Origin: an uncultured Gammaproteobacteria bacterium
GTDB lineage: Bacteria; Patescibacteriota; Patescibacteriia; UBA9934
Assembly (NCBI GenBank): GCA_964552565.1
Contig: CAZKGL010000001.1
Span: 628,816-692,815 of the forward strand
Direction of reading: 5' to 3'
DNA length: 64,000 nucleotides
Below the pieces are notes generated by a model. That model searched no databases, was not told the DNA's origin, and saw nothing but the letters and a program-made list of their open reading frames with translations. Numbering within the stretch: the stretch's first letter is position 1; each line of letters starts with the position of its first letter. Shown here piece by piece: positions 58,462 to 64,000 of this stretch. The translations under genes were made by a program, and so were the position numbers.

Positions 58462-59773
58462 AGACAAGAGTTGCGTAGTCGTCCGGAATCGCATGGTCTC
58501 TGCTTGGCGCGAGCACGGCGTCGATGTCGACGTTGCTGTCGCCGGCGGCAGCAAACCATTCCATCACCGCGTCGCCCGCAAAATCGCCGCGCGCCTGTGC
58601 AAGGACGAACGCCGCTTTGACCTCGTCCGGCTCGCCGACGCACTCGAACGGCTTGATGCCCTCGACTGCAAGCAGCTCCTTGTACATCGGCAACAGCGCC
58701 GCGTCCGCGTACAGGTTCTTGCCGAAGATACCGACCACCTGTTGCTTTGGCATGAACGCTGCAAGCATGGCGAACACGAATGCGCACTTCGGGCACGTCC
58801 CGCACCACCCCTGCTGCGCCCCGACAATCTTGTAATTTTTATTGCAGCTCGAGAAGGCGTCGAAATACTTGCCGTTCTCCACGAAGCGCTTGGTAATCGC
58901 GAGTTCGGACAGCGGGCGCAGGAGGCTGAAGACCCTGACATCCGGCGTGACCGATGACGCGAGGTATGCCGCGAGGTCGCGCTCCGCCTCGAGGCTTTTG
59001 CTGTACTGGTGGTTGATCGCCACGCCGTTGACGACGACGTTGCCGACGTTCGCACTCCGCTCATTGGCAAACATGACGTCGCGTTTGCCGTGCAGCAGCG
59101 CATACACGACCATTGCAAGGGCGACATAGGTCGTCACCGGCACGTGACCGTTCCATGCACCCTTCGCGTTCAGCACGAAAAGCAGCGGATCGATCGCGCG
59201 ATCGATGACGACAAGCGGCTGTCCGATGGCATCGGCAACCTTTTGTATACGATCGTGCCCCCGGAGCGCTGCAAGCGTGAAGTCGATGCCAGCGTTCCGC
59301 AACATCTCGACGACGACAAGCGAATCTTTTCCGCCGCCGAGTGGGACGATGGCGCCATCGAGCTTCATAACTTCACGATCGTGAAATTGTGAAGCCGATG
59401 CCTCCCCGCGTGGAAAATGGACATACTCCCGGAAATCCAAGTTGTTGCGGTAGAAAAACTCCCCAAGGCCGCGCGTATACAGTTTTTCCCAGTATGCGGC
59501 CTCGTCTTCCGAGAGCGTGCCGGACTCGACGACGATCTCCGGCGGCAAGTACGCCTTGTAGTAGCTCACGCCAGCGGCGAGATGGAGCGCAAACAGCGCG
59601 CGGTCGAGCGCCTCGTCACTCGCGGCGATCTGCGCCGGCAGCGGGAACGTGACGCGCTCGGTAAATGTGAACGCGTCGTCGATGGCGTACACCAAACTCG
59701 CCACGCCGGTGGCGCGGTCGAAGTCGTACGAAACGAAACGGAATGTGCGGTACGGCGACGCGATCTTCTCCAT
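58442..59773 (-). CDS. PP-loop ATP-pyrophosphatase-family protein of unknown specificity, with a C-terminal Cys cluster
   Basis: 444 aa from MEKIASPYR; PP-loop-like PLGGGKDSLVVVEML; C-terminal CNKNYKIVGAQQGWCGTCPKCAFVF; sits between glmM-like and murD on the same strand. Confidence 0.55.
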   Translation of the reverse strand: MEKIASPYRTFRFVSYDFDRATGVASLVYAIDDAFTFTERVTFPLPAQIAASDEALDRALFALHLAAGVSYYKAYLPPEIVVESGTLSEDEAAYWEKLYTRGLGEFFYRNNLDFREYVHFPRGEASASQFHDREVMKLDGAIVPLGGGKDSLVVVEMLRNAGIDFTLAALRGHDRIQKVADAIGQPLVVIDRAIDPLLFVLNAKGAWNGHVPVTTYVALAMVVYALLHGKRDVMFANERSANVGNVVVNGVAINHQYSKSLEAERDLAAYLASSVTPDVRVFSLLRPLSELAITKRFVENGKYFDAFSSCNKNYKIVGAQQGWCGTCPKCAFVFAMLAAFMPKQQVVGIFGKNLYADAALLPMYKELLAVEGIKPFECVGEPDEVKAAFVLAQARGDFAGDAVMEWFAAAGDSNVDIDAVLAPSRDHAIPDDYATLVYGHQGA

Positions 59774-59774
59774 A

Positions 59775-61121
59775 CTATTCCTGGATGACTGCGGCGAGTT
59801 CGTCGCGCCTTGCTTCCATCGCTTCCGGCGTGGTTGCTTCGACAGTAAGACGGAGGATCGGTTCGGTGTTTGACGCGCGCACGAGGAACCACCAGTCGCG
59901 GCCGAACTCACACCGGACGCCGTCCAAGCGGTTCACTGCCGTCGCGTCTTTCGCATACCGCTCCTCGACGCGTGCAAGCGCCGCGGCCTTGTCGCGCACC
60001 TCAAGGTTCACTTCCCCGCTGTTCGCAAACGTGCGAAGCGGACGCGCCATGTCGGCGAACGCCACGCCCGACGCCTTCCAGATCGCCAGCATGCGGACGA
60101 ACGCGAAGTCGACCGCCTCGAGGTTGTTGAACTCGCGGAACATGAAGTGGCTCGAGAGTTCGCCGCCGAGCACCGCGCCCATGTCGTGCATCGCCTTGAT
60201 GACGAGGCTGCGGCCGACCGCGACTTCGACCGGTTCGCCGCCCGCGGCGCGGATGGCGTCCGGCGACGTCCAGCTCTGGTTCGGCGCGACGATGATCTTC
60301 GCGCCCGGGTGGTCCTTAAGCGCCGCCTGCGCCAGCAACGCGAGCGTCTGGTCCCCGCGGAGGCTCGCGCCTTCGTTGTCGATGAACGCAATGCGGTCTG
60401 CATCGCCGTCGAGCGCGACGCCGAACGCCGCGCCTTCGCGCACGACCGCCGCCTTCACGTCCGCAAGCGTGTGCTCCTTTGCCGGGTTCGCTTCGTGGTT
60501 CGGGAACCGCGCGTCAGGCTCGGCATACAATTCCACCACCTCGAGCCCAAGGCGCGCGCAGAGCGGCTGCATGCTCGTCGCGCCCATGCCGTTGCCGTAA
60601 TCAATGACGATTTTCGTGCCGCGGACATCGGGCAGCTCGACCGTCGCGAGACACGCGTCGAGGTACGACGGCAGGACGTCATGCGGGATGACGTTTCCCC
60701 TCGTCGCCGCCGGGACCATCTGCTGCGTCACGCGGTCCTTCATCTCCATGCCGGGGATCGGGAGTCCGGTGTGCCACGCCATCTTGATGCCGTTGTACTC
60801 CGGCGGGTTGTGCGAGGCGGTCACCATGAGTCCGGCGCCGACCTCGGCGTTGCTCGACACCGCGAAGTTATACATCGAAGTCGTGCACATGCCGATCGAC
60901 AACGCATCCGCGCCGGCACGCGTGATACCCTCAATGGCCGCAGCCTCAAGCTCCGGGCTCGTGGACCGCATGTCGCGGCCGACGACTACCTTCTTTGCCC
61001 CCGTCATCGCGACGAGCGCCATTCCGACCGCGCGCGCCAAGTCGGGCGTCACCTCAGCCAATAATCCGCGGATATCATTCTTCCCGAAAATGTGCGCTGG
61101 CGCTTGCATAATCTTTGACAT
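59775..61121 (-). CDS. glmM: alpha-D-phosphohexomutase, probably phosphoglucosamine mutase
   Basis: FGKNDIRG, active-site VTASHNPPEYNGIK, metal-binding GVALDGDADR, and ELSSHFMF. The GlmM versus PMM/PGM distinction is inferred from the peptidoglycan-gene context. Confidence 0.8.
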   Translation of the reverse strand: MSKIMQAPAHIFGKNDIRGLLAEVTPDLARAVGMALVAMTGAKKVVVGRDMRSTSPELEAAAIEGITRAGADALSIGMCTTSMYNFAVSSNAEVGAGLMVTASHNPPEYNGIKMAWHTGLPIPGMEMKDRVTQQMVPAATRGNVIPHDVLPSYLDACLATVELPDVRGTKIVIDYGNGMGATSMQPLCARLGLEVVELYAEPDARFPNHEANPAKEHTLADVKAAVVREGAAFGVALDGDADRIAFIDNEGASLRGDQTLALLAQAALKDHPGAKIIVAPNQSWTSPDAIRAAGGEPVEVAVGRSLVIKAMHDMGAVLGGELSSHFMFREFNNLEAVDFAFVRMLAIWKASGVAFADMARPLRTFANSGEVNLEVRDKAAALARVEERYAKDATAVNRLDGVRCEFGRDWWFLVRASNTEPILRLTVEATTPEAMEARRDELAAVIQE

Positions 61122-61180
61122 GGAAGGGCGAAAAACGTAGGATGACTATAGCATAATCCGCGCTCTGCGCAACGTTTTTT

Positions 61181-61732
61181 ATGGAAATCCTTCTCATCCC
61201 GCTCGTCATCGTCGGCCTCGTCGCGCTGTGGCTCGTCATGGTCTTCAACGGGCTCATCAAAAGCCGCAACCGCACGGAAGAGGCGTGGAGCGACATCGAG
61301 GTGCAGCTCAAGCGCCGGTACGACCTCATCCCGAACCTCGTCAACACGGTGAAGGGGTACGCCGCGCATGAGGAAGGCGTCTTTACCAAAGTCACGGAGG
61401 CGCGGACAAAGGCGATGGGGGCGAATACGATGGCCGAGCACGCCGCGGCCGAGAACATGCTGACGCAGACCCTCAAGTCGCTCTTCGCCGTTGCGGAAAA
61501 CTACCCCGCGCTTCAGGCATCCGACAACTTCCACCACTTGCAGCGCGAACTCGTCGACGCGGAAGACAAGATCTCGGCCGCACGCCGTTTCTACAACGGC
61601 CAGGCGCGCGACTTCAACACGAAACTGCAGGTCTTCCCGACCAACATGGTCGGCGGCATGCTCGGCTTCTCGAAATTCGCGTACTACGACGCACCGGCCG
61701 AATCGGAACAACCGGTGAACGTGGAGTTCTAG
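61181..61732 (+). CDS. lemA: LemA-family protein
   Basis: N-terminal TM helix then the LemA core (EEAWSDIEVQLKRRYDLIPNLV...ENYPALQASDNF...RRFYNGQARDFN). Confidence 0.85.
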   Translation: MEILLIPLVIVGLVALWLVMVFNGLIKSRNRTEEAWSDIEVQLKRRYDLIPNLVNTVKGYAAHEEGVFTKVTEARTKAMGANTMAEHAAAENMLTQTLKSLFAVAENYPALQASDNFHHLQRELVDAEDKISAARRFYNGQARDFNTKLQVFPTNMVGGMLGFSKFAYYDAPAESEQPVNVEF

Positions 61733-61735
61733 CCT

Positions 61736-62632
61736 ATGTACAATCACATCGCCGCAAACAAGCGAAAGACCTGGTTTCTCATTGCGCTCGTCGCGGCGGT
61801 GTTGATTGCGCTCTTCTGGCTGCTCGGCACGATGTACGGACTCGAGGTCGGGCCGAGCATTGCGCTTGGCACCGTCGTGTCGACGGTATTTACGTTGTTC
61901 AGCTATTACCAGAGCGACACCATCGCGCTTGCCACGAGCGGCGCGAAACAGGTAACGAAAGACCAGGCGCCGGAACTCTGGAACCTCGTCGAGAACCTCA
62001 CCATCGCGAACGGCATGCCGATGCCGAAGGTCCACGTCATCAATGACGACGCGCTGAACGCGTTCGCGACCGGCCGCGACCCGGAACACGCGTCCATCGC
62101 GTTTACGACCGGGCTCTTGCGCAGCTTGAACAAGACCGAACTCGAAGGCGTCGCCGCGCACGAACTTTCCCACGTCAAGAATTACGATATCCGCGTCATG
62201 ACGATCGTCGTCGTGCTTATCGGCGCCGTCATGCTCGTCGCGGACATCCTCCTGCGCTCCACGATGTTCCGCGGCCGCGACGACAAGAGCGGAAACGTCG
62301 GGCTCATCCTGTTTTTCCTCGGCCTCGCGCTCGCCATCCTCTCCCCGCTGTTCGCGGAGCTCATCAAGCTCGCCGTCTCGCGCAGCCGCGAATACCTTGC
62401 GGACTCGTCCGGCGCGCTCCTCACCCGCTACCCCGAGGGCCTGGCGTCCGCGTTGGAAAAAATCGCCGCCGCGGAACAGCCGATGCGCCGGGCAAACCAC
62501 GCGACCGCGCATCTCTTCATCGCCAACCCCTTCGCCGCCCACGCCAAGCGCACGTCCTGGTTCGGCAGCCTCTTCTCTACCCATCCTCCGATCGACGAAC
62601 GCATCGCGCGGCTGCGGTCGATGGGGACATAA
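61736..62632 (+). CDS. htpX: M48-family zinc metalloprotease HtpX-like
   Basis: HELSHVKNYD zinc motif and the TM topology of HtpX; the classic lemA-htpX pair. Confidence 0.85.
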   Translation: MYNHIAANKRKTWFLIALVAAVLIALFWLLGTMYGLEVGPSIALGTVVSTVFTLFSYYQSDTIALATSGAKQVTKDQAPELWNLVENLTIANGMPMPKVHVINDDALNAFATGRDPEHASIAFTTGLLRSLNKTELEGVAAHELSHVKNYDIRVMTIVVVLIGAVMLVADILLRSTMFRGRDDKSGNVGLILFFLGLALAILSPLFAELIKLAVSRSREYLADSSGALLTRYPEGLASALEKIAAAEQPMRRANHATAHLFIANPFAAHAKRTSWFGSLFSTHPPIDERIARLRSMGT

Positions 62633-62757
62633 CCGGAGGGACGAGCGGTGCGTCGTTGGGCGGAGGCGTCTGTGCCCAGTCGTCGGCGAGCAACACGAGC
62701 CGTCAACGACGTCGCACAGCTGCGGAGCACAACGACGTACCCGAGTCCCGACCTCCT

Positions 62758-64000
62758 ATGCAAGAAATCACCGACAAATTCACCAATCACCTCAAAAACG
62801 TCCTGACACGCGCGCTGTGTTTGGTTGTGGAGCAAGGCGGCGAAACGATCCGACCCGTCCATCTGCTCTGGTCGCTCGGGACGCAGGAGGGCTGCGTCGG
62901 CGCGGAAGTCCTTGCGAAGTCCGGCATCAACGCAGAGGCGCTGCGCAGCCTGGTCGGCGCGCCGGTCACGGAGGAACGCGAAGGCCATACGCTCGCGGAG
63001 CACGCCACGCCGCTCTTGTCGGACGACGCGAAGCAGGCCATCGAAAAAGCCGTGCTCACCGCCAGCATGTACGAGCACCGCTACGTCGGCACGGAGCACT
63101 TGCTCTCCGGCCTCATCCAGCTCGGCAGAGAGGACGTCCGCCGGTTCTTCCACGACCACGGCGTGCGTGAAAGCGCGCTCACCGGGACCCTCACGACCGT
63201 CTTCAAGACGACGGCATCGTTTCCTGACGTCCTGAAAACGGAACACGAGACGGAAAGCGAACACGAAGGCGACGAACACGACCCGAACTGCAAAGAGTGC
63301 GCGGACGCCGACAAGACGCCGGCTCTGGATTTCTTTACGGTAGAACTGACGACGAAGGAAGCGGCGGAACGCATCGACCCGCTCGTCGGCCGCGAACGCG
63401 AAGTCGCGCGGCTCGCCCACGTGCTCCTGCGCCGCACCAAAAACAACCCGCTGCTCATCGGCGACCCGGGCGTCGGGAAAACCGCGATCGTCGAGGGGCT
63501 TGCGAAAGCGATCGTCGAGGGCCGCGTGCCGGACGCGCTGCGCAACAAGCGCATCCTGCGCCTCGACCTGTCGTCGCTCGTCGCCGGAACCATGTACCGC
63601 GGCGATTTTGAAAACCGCGTCGAGCAGGTGCTCGACGAAGTCCGCGAACGTCCGGACGTCGTCCTGTTTATCGATGAAATCCACACGATCGTCGGGGCCG
63701 GCAGCGCGTCGGGGTCGCTCGACGCCGCAAACATGCTGAAGCCCGCGCTCGCCCGGGGCGAGATCCGCTGCATCGGCGCCACGACGCCCGCGGAATACAA
63801 AAAGCACATCGAAGCGGACGGCGCGCTGGAGCGCCGGTTCCAGGCGATCGTCGTGCGCGAACCAACGCTCGACGAAACGCGCACCATCATCAACGGGCTC
63901 CGCCCGAACTACGAACGGTTCCACGGCGTACGCTTCACGGACGAGGCGGTCGAGACCGCGCTCACTGCGGCGGACCGGTACCTCCACGGCAAACAATTTC
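62758..64000 (+). CDS. clpC: ClpC/ClpB-type AAA+ ATPase, 5' partial running off the window end
   Basis: Hand translation from ATG 62758: two Clp_N repeats (VHLLWSL...; YVGTEHLLSGL), then LVGREREVARLAHVLLRRTKNNPLLIGDPGVGKTAIVEGLA (Walker A) and VLFIDEIHTIVGAG (Walker B); no stop before position 64000. Absent from the ORF track because it has no in-window stop. Confidence 0.85.
   Translation, partial: MQEITDKFTNHLKNVLTRALCLVVEQGGETIRPVHLLWSLGTQEGCVGAEVLAKSGINAEALRSLVGAPVTEEREGHTLAEHATPLLSDDAKQAIEKAVLTASMYEHRYVGTEHLLSGLIQLGREDVRRFFHDHGVRESALTGTLTTVFKTTASFPDVLKTEHETESEHEGDEHDPNCKECADADKTPALDFFTVELTTKEAAERIDPLVGREREVARLAHVLLRRTKNNPLLIGDPGVGKTAIVEGLAKAIVEGRVPDALRNKRILRLDLSSLVAGTMYRGDFENRVEQVLDEVRERPDVVLFIDEIHTIVGAGSASGSLDAANMLKPALARGEIRCIGATTPAEYKKHIEADGALERRFQAIVVREPTLDETRTIINGLRPNYERFHGVRFTDEAVETALTAADRYLHGKQF

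Noticed and set aside
62428-63996. 522-aa minus-strand ORF
   Set aside because: Antisense to the clpC/clpB-type gene, whose Walker A and B motifs and Clp_N repeats are clear on the plus strand.

Overview
High-GC (~65%) bacterial chromosomal window: compact housekeeping operons broken up by lower-GC accessory patches. Core genes recognised from the translations: gap, rpsB-tsf, queA, rpmE, prfA-prmC, rplY, ftsW/rodA, gyrB, secE-nusG, rplK, rplA, dut, a long two-domain thyX, gatB, miaA, thrS, dnaE, pheS-pheT, rseP, murD, a glmM-like mutase, lemA-htpX and a 5' partial clpC/clpB-type ATPase running off the window end. Accessory content: a Phd/YefM-RelE/ParE toxin-antitoxin pair and an EamA transporter inserted between nusG and rplK, and a membrane protein inserted between rplK and rplA. 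Two paralogous ~404-aa secreted proteins bracket an island carrying a RibD_C/DHFR-like gene, a long-form dCTP deaminase, a lower-GC nucleoside 2-deoxyribosyltransferase-like gene, a tRNA, a Cys-tailed small protein and an IS200/RAYT-type Y1 transposase with REP-like flanks. Also present: a 1244-aa beta-helix surface protein; two paralogous large charged proteins; and a gene ending inside a perfect 36-bp palindrome followed by a divergent truncated copy of its own 3' end. Two tRNA(-like) genes have odd anticodon arms. The coordinates given include the stop codon, as in the ORF track. Many long ORFs in that track are antisense artefacts of the high GC content and were rejected.
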